A DNA stretch of 64,000 nt from Paraspadella gotoi (taxonomy: Eukaryota > Animalia > Chaetognatha). Within the stretch, counting starts at the first letter, position 1; each line of letters opens with the position of its first letter. Position numbers and translations under genes: made by a program. Shown piece by piece: positions 13,061 through 26,800 of this stretch. Where the stretch lies: the NCBI GenBank assembly GCA_051294375.1, contig CM119263.1, forward strand, positions 10,036,432 to 10,100,431, in the 5' to 3' direction. The notes under the pieces were generated by a model. That model had not been told where the DNA came from. It did not search any database and worked only from the letters and a program-made list of their open reading frames with translations.

Positions 13061-15438
13061 TTTCTTTTGTTTTTATGGTTTGTTTTTATTTCGATACAGT
13101 GGTGTCAATTTTTAAAAAAATTTTAAAACTTTAAAAAAATTAAATTATTATTAAATATGATAATATAATATATAATTAATATAATAAATATATAATATAA
13201 TATATAATATTTATATATGAATATTATTTTTAAAATAATAATATTTTTTTTATTTATATTATATAAATATTTTAACAATTAATAGAAAAAATTTAAATTT
13301 TAAAGCTTTTGAAAAAATAAATGGGAAGTAGCAATTATAAAAAATTATTAATTTATTTAAAAAATTTAATTTTAACCTTAATATTTAACTGAAATAATTA
13401 TTTAAATTAATCCTTAACCTAATCCTTGACCTCTAATATTAGATATAAAAACTTACAAATTATGATATCGGATTTCGGACTTTACTTCGGTACAAAAATT
13501 TATTTTTTGGAACATTTTATCATTAATACTTATTAGGCCGGAACATGTTAAAAATTAAAAGTACTCTCAAATAAATAATAGTTAAGTGACTATTAAAAAA
13601 AATGAAAATAAAAATAATTGTTAAAATTTGTTTTATTGATAAGCATATAAAAATATTTAAATATTATTTTATTATATTTAAAGTTTAAAATTTTTTTAAA
13701 ATTTAAAAAAAAATTTTAATAGATTCTGATAAAGCTTTAAAATGAGGATAAACCGGTAGGTTTTAACATTAAATCTTAACCCTCAACCCCAATTCCTAAT
13801 TTTTAATCTTAACCTTTAAACCTAATTATTAGTCTTTAACCTAAATCCTTAACCTTTATCATAAACCAAGTTTTTAACTTTAATATATATTTTAATTTTT
13901 TATTAAAAAAAATAATTTTATATTTAAAATAACATATAGTGTTCTGGCAAAAAATAATAAAATAACCATATATTTTAATAAACTTAAAAAAAATTTAAAA
14001 AAAATATTTTTATATTTTGAATATAATTTCAAATTTAAAATAATTTTAAATAAATTTTATTAAAAGTATTTAATATTTTTATTTTTTTAAATTCATATAA
14101 AAATAAACAATTGATAAAAATAAAATTATTAAAATATTCAGAATTAATATTTAATATTATAAACCTAAATATTAATATTATGATAAATTTTTAAATTTAA
14201 TATTATTTTTTTAATATATCTTATTTTTATTTAAATTATTTATATTCGTTAATTTTAATTTTTTTATATATATTTTAATATATTATGTTTTTATTTATAT
14301 AATCTATTAATATTATTTATTATTAATTTTATAATCTAAATTTATATATATATTAATACTAAATAGATTTTAAATATTTTTTTATAAAATATTAATATAT
14401 ATATTTTTAAATTTATTTATAAATTATTATATATTTAATTATTAATAAATTAAATTTAAAGAGTAAATTTTTTTAATTTATGTTTCCATCACTGCTTTTT
14501 TTTAGCTTTAAAAGAAGGGAACATGGCGGCTGCCAGGAAATAGAAAAGAAAAAAAGAATTGTAACTTAATTTAGTTACCCAAATCTTAAAAAAATATTAA
14601 TGATCAACATCAATCATTGAATGATTCAATATCAATATTAATTTTAATATAACTTTTTTATGTTTTGCAAACTGAACAAGTCTATACTAATGCATAAACA
14701 TTAAACTCGTAATAGATTTTATTTAATGGCAATCCTAATTAACCCCTAACCTTAACTTGGCCTTAACCCTAATTTACTCTGAACTTATTTTTAACCTTAA
14801 CTAACCCTTTTTAATTTATACTTCATCTTAATTTATTCTTAACCTAAATTTATCATAACTTTCAATTTTAAAATATTACCCAAATATTAATATAATAATC
14901 AACAAATATTTAAAAATTATGATATCTGAATTATTTTAATTTTTATCCTCCTCACTTTGTTTATTAAGAAAAACCTTCCCATAGACCCCTGGAGAGTATT
15001 AATCTCCAGGAATACTCATTTAATTTATTTTTTCTTCGGCTTAATAAACTAAACTTAAGAAACTAAACCCGTTAAACCAGAAAGCGTCTTTCATTTTTTT
15101 TTTAAATTTAACTGCTATATCTGTATGTTGTAGGGTAGCGGAAGAAATCGATTACCTCCCTGAATGGCCTGATTTGTACGCTCCTGCTCCTTGCCCAAAG
15201 TAAAAAAAATTGAGCCTGCTGATGTAAAGTGATCAATATAGTGAGTGTAACCTTCCTTCATTCGTCCTCATCGACGTATAAATTTTCGTAACATTTTCGG
15301 ATACAAGTACAACGACAATATTTACGTATTCCAATTACTAGTACCTCAACCATCAACGAATATACAAAATTCGACATTCTTAAATCATTGAACATAATTT
15401 TAATCCTGTTTAATACTTCACTGTTCAGTCGTTTACTA

Positions 15439-15545
15439 ATTATCCATTCATTTAATAAATATGCTATCTTGCCCCTGACTTTGGACAGGCTTTTGTGGTT
15501 TAAAGCCTCCATCACTCTTACAAGATAATAACATAGCAGGTCCCT
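15439..15545 (-). mobile_element. Partial family F6 element with twister-like core (15465-15527)
   Basis: Reverse complement of 18004-18105 with a few substitutions. Confidence 0.75.
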
Positions 15546-15607
15546 GTTGTCCTTACGTTAGACTTCGAGGATTGGGATTAGGGGATAGGGTTAAGGATTA
15601 TGCTTAA

Positions 15608-16870
15608 GGCCTGGGATCATTCAAACAAGAATTGCATAAAGCTTTATACAAATTATTTTTATGTAAAAGAAGTATATTTCCTTCGTGTTTCACATAAAAA
15701 AAATTCAAATTTGAATAAGGTTTAGCTTCAAGAGCACCCAAAAATCGGGCATTTTTTTTATCGGTAAACCTAAAAAAATTATTCAAGACGGTAAAGTCAT
15801 TTTTAAAAGCAAATTTTAATTCTTTTTATTCAATTAACATCAGCTACCTCAGTGTAATACTAGTACCTAAAACCTAGTCATTCTTATGATGTAATTGGAT
15901 AAATTAAGGATGAAAATATAAACGTTTATGTAGAGAGATGTAAATACATATTTAATGATGCCTAATACCATTTTTTCTAAAAGAGTAATACAAAAAATGT
16001 ACAATTTTTAAAAGTCAAAGACAATCGCCATTGGCATCTGCAATCGGATCCTCTGAGATAGAAACACTCTATGGTGCCATAGATGGTCTCTGATTCACAG
16101 ATGGACTATCGCTTCTTGTCAATTAGTTTCTGTTCCCCACATTCAAAACTGGCTTTAAAGCTTGACCGTTTGCCACAGATGAAAATAAGTAAACCCCTTG
16201 CAGCATTCCTCCTTGTTCACCCGTCCGTGTTTTGTTGTCACAGCATTTTTTAAATTTAAAAAAAAATTAAAAAAATTGGATAAAACTTCAGAGAACGGTA
16301 AAGCCATCATTTAAACTAGAAATGAAAATAGATTTTACAAAAGCATGTCGATTTTAGAGTTCTCTGCTCGACTTTCAGTTCTTTAAAATCTACAGAAAAA
16401 AAATAAAAAATAAAAAATAAATAAACAAAAAGAGTTGGAGCGAAAACTGTTTGAAAAAAAAAATAACTAAAATTATTTTTCGTTAGTATGGAAATGTGGG
16501 AGAAATTCTATGAGAGGGATTTTTGAAAATGTTATTCGTTTTCAAGATATTTAGATTTTAACGCCAAAATTTCATTATTCTTTTTTTTTTCCTATGAAGA
16601 AAAGTGAATTTAGAAAATCCCTCTCATAGAATTGGTGACCTTCACCTCAAGTAAAATTATGCTAAATTTCATCAAAATCCGCTTCGCCGTTTGGGCTGCA
16701 ACTCTTCCGATAGGTTTCTTTTATTTTATATAGTAATATAAAATTCGAAAAAACACCAACGGTTTTGAAAAAATAATAAAGTAATATATTTTTGGAATCG
16801 ACTGGACCTCTACTTTCAAAATCCAAGCTTGTGTACCCTATTTATAACTTTTGGTGAGTGATCCCAGGCC
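15608..16870. mobile_element. Non-autonomous TTAA-targeting DNA transposon (Kolobok-like)
   Basis: Perfect 12-bp TIR GGCCTGGGATCA flanked by TTAA on both sides. Confidence 0.8.
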
Positions 16871-17887
16871 TTAAGGAATGGGTTATAAATTTGTTAAGAG
16901 TTAAGGGTTAAGTTCTTAGAAGAAATCGACCTCGTTGACCCTAAGACGTACAAATATCAACTTGTTTTGTTTTCATTAGGATAAATTAAGTATTAACCGA
17001 TCATTGTCATAAAAATTTTTATGGTTTTAACTGTCCGAATCACACAACTTTTTGAACCGTTTTGTACAACTATTTCCGTTATAATATTTAGTAGGGTAAA
17101 GTTATGAAAATATTGAGCGATTGAACAATGTTTTTTATTGCCTTTATATATAAGATAATAAAAGTTTTATAAAATTTTACAATCTGAACAAAATATTTTT
17201 TATACTTATAATTATATTATCTTTATTTTACAAATTTAATTTGCACTGAAGTAGGTTATCATTAATATATTGCTACAGCCAGTATAAAGCAATAAGCTAA
17301 CATATGTTTAAATTAATAAACGAGTTATTTTCAAGTAAAACTTTTTTTGTTAACTATTTTAAAACTTTTTTTGTTAACTATTTTAAACGCGATGGAAAGC
17401 AAGAAAATGATAAAATTTTAAATTTAAAAAACAATTTTAAATATTTTTTTAAAAAAATTTAATAGGGTTAAATTTTATCATTTTCACATTCAAAGAAAAC
17501 AAAAAAAGTTGGTTAATTATCAAAGCTTGGGCAAAGTGATCGTGTGGATTGACCGGCTTGGAGAAAGAGGAGAGAGGAAGGGTTTAGTGAGAGAGACCGG
17601 TGGTAAGTCACCTCAACTCGATCTTTTCTTCGCTCCACCCTATTGTTTTAAGCCAACAACTCTTGGCGGTTCGACTCCTTGCGTGAGGACGGGCGTAAAC
17701 TGCCTTGAGGGCGTGATAAACCCAGGAACCTTTGCAGTAGTTACGTACAGTCGTCTTCAGTCTTCTTAACGTCTTATAGTTATATATGGTTGTACCAATT
17801 TCATAAAATTCAGCTCCTTGTATTTTGATGCTAGTGCGGAGTACAATATAGTATTCCCCGATCTAATACTTAAGGGAGTGGTCTTTT

Positions 17888-18131
17888 CATACAATTGAAA
17901 CATTCTTTGAAATATTATACCACTTCATTGATAGGAAAGCCAGGTTCACTGGGAGTGAATAAATAAGACTGTGAGAGAGTCTTGATTGAAAGCTTGCAGA
18001 AACCTGCTATGTTATTATCTTGTAAGTGTGATGGAGGCCTTAAACCACCAAAGCCTGTCCAAAGTCAGGGACAAGATAGCTTATTTATTAAATGAATGGA
18101 TAATTTTTATATTGGTTGTACCAATTTCATA
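17888..18131 (+). mobile_element. Family F6 short LTR-like element
   Basis: Homologous over its length to 28999-29215 (minus); ends ttggttgtaccaatttcata. Confidence 0.7.
18016..18078 (+). ncRNA. Twister ribozyme-like motif, type-P5 permutation (cleanest copy); predicted cleavage U18041^A18042
   Basis: P5 TATCTTGT/ACAAGATA; P2 ACC with G(T)GT; conserved GA 18030-31; pseudoknot T1 TGGA/TCCA; palindromic P1 AGGCCT; TAA; T2 AC/GT; P4 CCTG/CAGG with loop TCCA-AAG-T. Confidence 0.8.
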
Positions 18132-19181
18132 TACTTATCCAACATCTACCGTACGAGTTATAATCAGTAATGATTCTGTTTTACTGATCCATAAACATCA
18201 ACATAGCAAGGCTTACCATTGTTTTAGGCAAATTTCTTTTTTTGATCTCTCTAGTCCAGTTTTTTTGCTTTCGTAACAATGAATTTACGGTGTCGCTGCC
18301 ACCTTCGAAAACGAATCATGAAGCGCCATAAAATTGATTGTATGTTAAAAACTGCATCGACTGAGTCGTTGTAATGATTGGTTGAAAGAAATGACTCCTC
18401 CCGAAACAAACCCAAACCGAAATGGATCTACTTCCCAGGTAGAACATAATTATAGTTGCGCCGCAACTACTCGCAAAGAAACTCTTTAAATAAGACGTTT
18501 AAATTGCTCATAACCTGCATATATAATTGTAGAATAAAGATAAATTAGTATAAATTTATAAAACTCAAATTAGCATTCAAAATATAAAATAAATACCTAT
18601 AAAAATATTTTAATAAATTTTTTAAAAAATATTATACATTATTAGAAGCTAGTAAGCTATACATATTTATAAATAATTATTAATAAAATAGGATAAAATT
18701 TAAAAATAATAATTTTAAAATTTTGATACAAGTTTAAAATTCTTTGTTGATAATATAAAATATAAATCATTTTTTAAAAATTGGGACAATAATATGATTT
18801 TTAATATTTTTTAACCAATTTAATTAACAAATTAATCCAGTTTCAAATTTTTTTTTATTTAACCTGTAATTTGACTTGTAATAATATATAAAATCTAAAG
18901 ATAACCTACCCTACAGTATTTGCACCATTTTATTTAACACTGAGGCGTAAAAAAGTAGCCACTTGTTAGGACAGATTGAGCAAAACTTAGCAGAAAGGTA
19001 AAGCATCATTAAATGCTTGTTGTTTATGTTTGCATATGTGATTGTCTAATATTTGTATAGTTTGATAATCATCTGAAAATGCCGACTCAAGAAATTTACT
19101 GCAGCACAACATCACGAACTTATTAGTTATGAGTTATCAATCGATTTAAGTAATGATTTATAAGCTGTGTATTTAATTCAG

Positions 19182-22100
19182 CATCCTACCCCTATGCAAT
19201 TCGGAGTCGGCGGGCCGGTCTTTAAGGCCAGTGGACGTGGAATCGTTCGTAGTCAACGCGGGGTCACTGCAGACAATGGATCCGACGTGACTTACGCTGG
19301 TGGGACTCCAGTGGGAAGCAGCATCCGCCAACTCAAAATTCTTCCCTCTGGGTATAAAAACTTAAGAAAAATAATAAGATTGTATTATAATTATTATATA
19401 CCAATTTATATTTTAGTCGAAATTCATGACGAATTGGTTGTGTATGGTTCGATCATAATGATGGGAAAATAAAAGGACTAACTCAATATAACCGTTTTCC
19501 CAACCTACTTAATCAGTTAATGCTATTGATAATATTTACTTCAGCGAAGCGATTCGTTTCCCGAAATTGGAGGAGTGCGCGCACTTTCATTATGACTTTG
19601 TTGATGTCGGAATCGTGAGGTTAAAACTTCTCCCACTTGGCGACACAAGGCGAGCAACAGTACAGATCCTACAACCAAACAACTTTAAATAAAATAAGCT
19701 ATTAAACTTAAAGACAAATTCTAAAAATTGCATGCCCTAAATGATACATAGAGAAGTATGTTGGCCAAGAACTCAAAAACACTCCAACAGTAGGCCCTGT
19801 AGGGGTAGCCGCACTCAATGGGGTGAGTCAAAAATTTAGAGCGAGTACATGCTCAAACGAAAATTTATACATTTTTAAGTATACTTTCTATGGACAAAAA
19901 ATTTCTTATATGGCTCTATACCCTAGTAATTAATTTTTTAATATTTATTTATAGATATGAATGGCCAAAAATCTTTCTTAGAAATTTTAAATTTTAAGAC
20001 CAGATTCAGATAGCTCATAAAAAGTTGTCTACACAAAGTATAATTCTTTTTTAAATATTTTTATGATAAGTAGGTCAAAAATAAGAAAAACCATAAAATT
20101 CATCATCAACATCATCTTTCGATGATTTTATCGGTTTTTTTATATTTTTATTGAGAAAAAGTAATAATTTTTAAAAGCTGTAATTATATTTCTTGTTTAA
20201 CTTTTTATGCTCTACCAGAATCCATCAAAAAATTTCAACTTTTCAAAAAAAAATTTGTTTTCTCTATATAGTAATATAATAATTTTAATTAGGCTAGTAC
20301 CCTCAGAAAAAAGCATTTTTGACAAAAAATATTTTAACACTATAGTCATCATAGATTATTTTAACGCTGTATACATTAGCATTTTAATTTCATCGGCAAT
20401 GGCTCCCAACAGTGATGTTATTGATCATACGGATGATGCTCATTAAGTTTTGGCGGTTTATTTTGAAAATGATTAAAACCAGCATGTTATTGTAACAGCC
20501 AGCTTGTCTTTGATGCCAATTGGGATGGGGCATCTCACTGGTAGCTTAAGGGGCTACAGACCCTCAGTGACGCCTGCAGTCACTGGCGCGGTTACCCTAG
20601 GACGGTCTCGCTTTTCCAACACAGAGGGAAGTCGTTAGGACTGTGTATGGAACGTAACTCTTGGGATTGTGCGTTCCCCTCAGAGCCAATGGTATTGGCT
20701 GAAGGAAGTTTGAGGCGATGCGGTGTGAATATAGCGTCACAATCTGTAATTAAACGAGTTTTTAGAGCAGCATCAGCTCTTGAATAAAGTACATTGTCTG
20801 GGAGACTGGGTTGGAAATTATTTTCACGTTAAAGTGACAATCTAACCCAAACTGTTGAATTTACCATATTCTATAATTTTAGTAGATCCTTGGAGAGAGG
20901 CCAGTTCAATGCGTCCGGTCAAATCCCAACGATTTTATCCGATATCACAAATGGTAAGTCGCAAATTTATTTCGTAAGCTGATACTTCGTAAAAAAATCA
21001 TAATGTAATGTATTTAATTTCGTCAGAATCTCCTCCCTCGAAGAATCGAGCCTCGGTTCCGATCGAAGGGCTCAGCTTCTCCATAGAAGTGATGGCCAAG
21101 GACAACAGTTGGATCATCAAACGAACCTATGAGCAGTTTCGCCAGATGGACCATACTCTTCATCTTTGCATCTATGATAGGAGGTAATACAAAATCAAGT
21201 CAGTGTGGTTGAAATTACTCCACATAGTAAATTATATCACCTCGATTCAGGTTTTCTCTTCTTTTCGAAATCCCGCCTTTGGAGAGGGCTGTTAAGTCCG
21301 CCCTGAGCCGCAAAGGCAACCCGCTTCAGGAACTCTGGTCTGATCTAAGAAACTACGTCGGAAGACTGTCCACGATCGCGGGTAACCTGATCAACTGCGG
21401 GCCGATTCTCAATTGGCTGGAGGTAAATCATATGTGACATCGGTTCAATTTTTTTTTCTTGTTGATTAAAATTTTTGTAATCTTCGTTCTCGTTAGTTGG
21501 ATAATCGTGGCAATCACCTCCTCGCCGCGCCTAATTGCTCTGGAAGCGCGCCGATTAACACGCCAGCAGTGGCTGCTGCTCACGTCATCAAGAGTTACGC
21601 CCCCCAGGTGGGATAGAGAGTTTCCATTCGGTGTACTACATAGTAACAACGATTAGAGTTTAATCGCACTGTTTCCTGTCAGGCTCCGGACGAGCTTCGC
21701 CTGGAGGTCGGAGACATCGTCTCAGTGATCGACATGCCACCGGCGGAGGACACCACCTGGTGGCGAGGGAAAAAGGGATTCGGCGTCGGTTTTTTTCCTT
21801 CTGAACACGTCCAAGTCATAGGAGAGCAGGTCTTACGGTTTGCGTTGTCTAAGCAAAAATAAAAGTCCGGAAAACGAATGCACCAATTATAATCTAAAAC
21901 GAGTTTTAACATTTTTCTTAGAATTATAATAAAACGTATTCCCATGCCAGATATACATGACAAATTTTGAGTATTAATTTTGTAATTATTTTTCAAAACG
22001 TATGTATTCAATTGTTTTCGCTTGTTTTTAATTTTTAATTTGAGATACTGAATTCAGTTTATCTTCCTTCTCATCATGATTAATTTGCCCCCCCAAAAAA

Positions 22101-23852
22101 ACAAAAAAAAACAAAAATATTAAACATTAGAGCAATATAGACAGGATAAATTACCGCCGGTTATTTGCTAGTTTGAGAACTTCGGATCTGACTGTAGTCC
22201 GCCGCTACAGGTGGGTTAAACGTCCCGTGCCGCTTACTCGCATTGACACCGATAGGGCGCAAAACCAAGGCCGCTTGGTTGGAAGAGAGAATGCTCGCTC
22301 TTATGCGACCGGTGTTGCGAAAATGGAATCTGGCGGGTTGTGATAGCTAATGTGTTGCCACAAAACCAAATATTCTAGGTTGAGGCGTCAGCACTTGCAG
22401 CTCAGCTCGCTCAACCTAACGGCTCATCTGCCAGTGGGAAGGACTCTTGCGTTGTTCCTATGGAGACGACGCCGGGCTTCTCGACGCCGACGCTCTCCAC
22501 CTCCAACGCAGCTACGCCGACCAATGACGGCGACAGTGCGGTGTCGATGACGACGAAAAAGACACCCAAGCCCGTTTTGCGACGCAGGGGGAAGCTCATA
22601 TCTCGATTGAGGTAACGTACAATTGTCGCAATTCATTATGACTAATGACCATCTACAACCCCTTTTCCGGTGTCCCATTGTACTATCAAGGTCTCTGCTT
22701 CTGACTCGACCCGCCTCCAAAACCCGACTTCGCCAATCGGGGATCATGAAGGAACGCGTCTTTGGCTGCGATCTCGGAGAGAATTTGCTCAACACGGGTC
22801 GTCCAATTCCCTTTGTCCTGCAGGTTGAGCATTCGTCCTTTCTTGGTTGACCTCTATTTCTCACCCTGTTACTTCCCATCTATGCCGTTATTGCTTTTTC
22901 TAAGGATGGAAATGTTCCTTCTGACAATTACTTTTTATCGAGCCTACCGGCGAAGCCGGTTCAGGCTCGATATTGATTCGGGTCAGCTTTTTTGTGACGT
23001 CGGCGTCGTCGTCGGTGTCACGCTTTTTTGTATAAAAACTACTACGCTTTTATAGTTTTGGCTGGGACTTACCGTTTTTTTTTTAAATAAAAATTATTAT
23101 GAATTACGATGAAGTTTTATAAAAGTGTGCGATCTTAGTAAGTTAAATATTTAGATATGGCTTCTCATCTTGAAATAGCTCTGATATTTGGATTTAAGTA
23201 TTTTTTGTTTGAATTTCCACTTCATTATGATTTACTGCAATATGCAAATGAGATTATAGTACTCATTGTAATATCCAAATTAGTATATAAAAATGCTTTA
23301 ATCTAATTTACATATTACAGTATATAATATTGAAGATAAAATTCAAAATTTTTTTTAAATCTATAATAAAAATGGGAAATCAAAGGACCTTTTTAATGAG
23401 AAGCTATATCTTAATTTTAATACAAATAAAAATAAAATCTTTTACAAACTATGATTGGAAAAAATTGTAACAATTTCCAATTGTAAACAATTGTAACATT
23501 TTTTTTCCTTTCTTTTATTTCTTTAAATTATATATATATATTTTTTCCTATTTTTGTCAGTTGCTGCCTCTTCTGAACCCTTTAAAAACGAGTTCAGGCT
23601 CTGCAGTGATTGTACAACTGCCTTCCAGCAGCTGTCCAGTTTTCTCTCTTTCTTTCTCTGTCTCTGTCTCTCTTTCTTTCTCTTTCTGTCTCTCTCTGTC
23701 TCTCTCTGTACGATCTCTTGCGTAATCGTTTTTAAAAAAATTTGATTATTTTTTTCCTTTTAAAAACTTTTATTATCGCCATTTATTCTGCGCTTTTTTC
23801 TCAATGCAAAATCCCAAATTTACATCCGAGATTTTTGTGGATTTATTCTCTT

Positions 23853-23899
<47 letters not shown>

Positions 23900-26800
23900 A
23901 CTCATACACGCATTTGTTTGTTTTATTTATGATGAATGATTCATTGCGTCAATGAATGACTATCATCGCATCAATGAATGACTATCATCGTATCAATGAA
24001 TGATTATCATCACATCAATGAATGACTATCATCGCATCAATCATTTGGTTATTATCACATCAATCATTTGGTTATCATCACATCAATCATTTGGTTATCA
24101 TCGCATCAATTATTGGTTAATGGTTATCATCGCATCAATATTTGATTATCATCGCAACAATCATTTGGTTATCATCGCATCAATCCTTTTGTTATCATCT
24201 CATCAATATTTGGTTATCATTGAAGGTAGGCGAGAACCTATTCTTTTAAGAGAAAGGTCATTCAGCATAACAATACGTAATCATTGATGTGTTAGAGCTA
24301 ATATATCGAGAAATACTTTATAGTCATCAGTAATCACAAAGAAATAAGTTCTTATTTATTTGTGTTCATTCTGTTTTCAATAATTTTTTTAAATGGGTAA
24401 ATAACAAAATTGTTAAGTTAAATGGGTAAGCACATTTTTTAAAGATTTGTTTTTCAATCTGGTTGTTAAAAAATTCTAGGTAAGAAGTTAAAACACGGTA
24501 TGGGATAGTTTAGAAGGGGAGAATTAAACAATTAATCTCGTTACTCTGTTGGTTTTCCAGTCATGAACAAAATCTTCAGTTAAATAGATGGTAAAGAAAT
24601 TCGAGCTACAATGAATCTACACTGAATTTGAAGAGTTGCAGCCAAAACGACTGCAATAATATGGAATTAAAAACTTGATTAGCAATCTTAAAAACATTTG
24701 TAAAAATGTAATAGAGAGACATTTTGATAAACGCGTTCCAGTTAGAAAGAATTCAGGGTTAAAGTTTAAAAACGTTTCATTTTCAAGGATACAAGTTGAA
24801 ATTTAAAAATGTCTCTCTATTACATTTTTCTAATTCAGTAACAAAAAATTCATAAAAAATATCAGATGGATTGGCCTTTTCGTTTGACCTGCAACTCTTC
24901 AGATAGGTTTCTTTTATTTTATATTATAATTAAAACCGATATAAAATGGGGTAGAATGCATCAAATGCTTAAAGTGAATACATTTTCGGAATCGCCGGGA
25001 GCTCAGCTTTCTGAATTTGTACTCCATTTTAGCCTATTTTGAAGTTGAATTGAATGACCCTTTTTCTTAAGAATTTTAAATATCGATCTTATCCTTTCTT
25101 TTTAGGCCTGCGCAGGCGTCGTCGAGGAACACGGTATCGTAGACGGAGTCTATCGTCTTTCGGGTGTTGCTTCCAGCATCCACCGCCTTCGGGCGCTCTT
25201 TGACAACGACGGCTGCGCGCCGGATGTGGCGGCCGCCACTGGCACCAATGTTCAAAATGGTATGCTGCAAATTTATCTAATTTTTCTGTTTAAGAGGAAA
25301 GGTCATTCACCTTAACAATGCGTATTCTTTAATACATCGAGAAATACATCATAATCATAAAAAAAAAAAAAAAAAATAAAAAAAATTGGCCTGTTTTAAA
25401 GTTGATTTGAATGACCCATTTTCTTAAAACGATTTATTTTACGATGTATTTTTTCGAACCGAAAAGGGATGCCTCCGTCGCAATTCTCACTGGGTACCAA
25501 CGACGCCTTTGATCTCGCCGCCGATGAAACCGTTCAAAACGACATCCACGCAATCGGCTCACTCCTCAAAATGTACTTCCGCGAACTTCCTAATCCATTG
25601 CTGACCTATCAACTTTACGACAAATTCGTGGTACGGGTTTGGCTCGCATCTACGAGCCAAACAGAGTTTTTTAATTTTATATATTTAATAAAGAGATCGT
25701 AATTATTGTTATGTGTTAGTGACAGAAGCATTCAATATAAGCAGTCCCTGTTACAGTCGGGTTAAGCGCCCCGTCCCTCTTAACTGCGAGTCGACCACCG
25801 GGCTAGAACCACAGACCTTTGGGTTGGGAAGCGAATGACTTGCCTCCGGCACCAATGGCCGCTGATGAACAATTGGTGGATTTTAGTCTACCATAATAAT
25901 ATATATGACACAATGAAAAATAACATGGCGAAACGGTATAGTGCTGATTTTTTCCCTTTAAAATTGTTTCTGAGCTAAATTAATTGATTGTGACTTTGGG
26001 TAATATGTGCGATATACACTACTGGACATTACTGTGTCTGACCAAAACCCTTGACCATCAACAAAAAAGCTAACTAGATCAAAAATAGTAAAAAAGATGA
26101 AGCAATATAGCTCGAAACGCTTACAAAATTTTAGACCATTGCTTTTATAAATGCAAAAAGAATATTAATATTATTAAAACAAAACTTTAACGATAACTTA
26201 ATAGTTAACCGAGACCAAGATGAATATTTTTTACCCATCATTTCCACAATTTATATGAATCATTAGCTTGTAATTAGTCAATTAATCTAAATAACAAATT
26301 TATTTTCAATTTTTTTTATGGATGGGAAATTTTCTCTGCTTACTCCCCTTGTGTCTAATTATTTAATATTTTAGAGGTATTTTCAAAAACTTTATATAAT
26401 TACTAAATTTTTTCACTTTTTTTCAATTCTTTCAAACAAAAACAACATCATGAAAACATTTTAAATTAATAAAAAAAAATTGATTGTATGATTTTGAAAA
26501 AAAATATTTTGAAACTTGAGAATAATAGGAGCTGACGTCGTTCTAAGAGATCAAGGAAGATTTTTTCAATGGAGATTTTCGTTCAAATCAGACTACCAAA
26601 CAATATAAACGCTGCTGAGAAAAATTCCGGTAAAAAATAGATGTAAAAACACTAGATTCCGATCCTGTTGCATCTGAAGGGCTCGCATTTTTTTTCTCTT
26701 GTCAAATAACCTTCATCTTGATATCAAACTATCAGATTCAAATGGACTGCTCCGTTCGGGAAAATATTTTCAACGCAATTTTTATAAATAAAATAAAGGG

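Noticed and set aside
23930-24220. CRISPR-like array
   Set aside because: No unique spacers, eukaryotic context; simple minisatellite.
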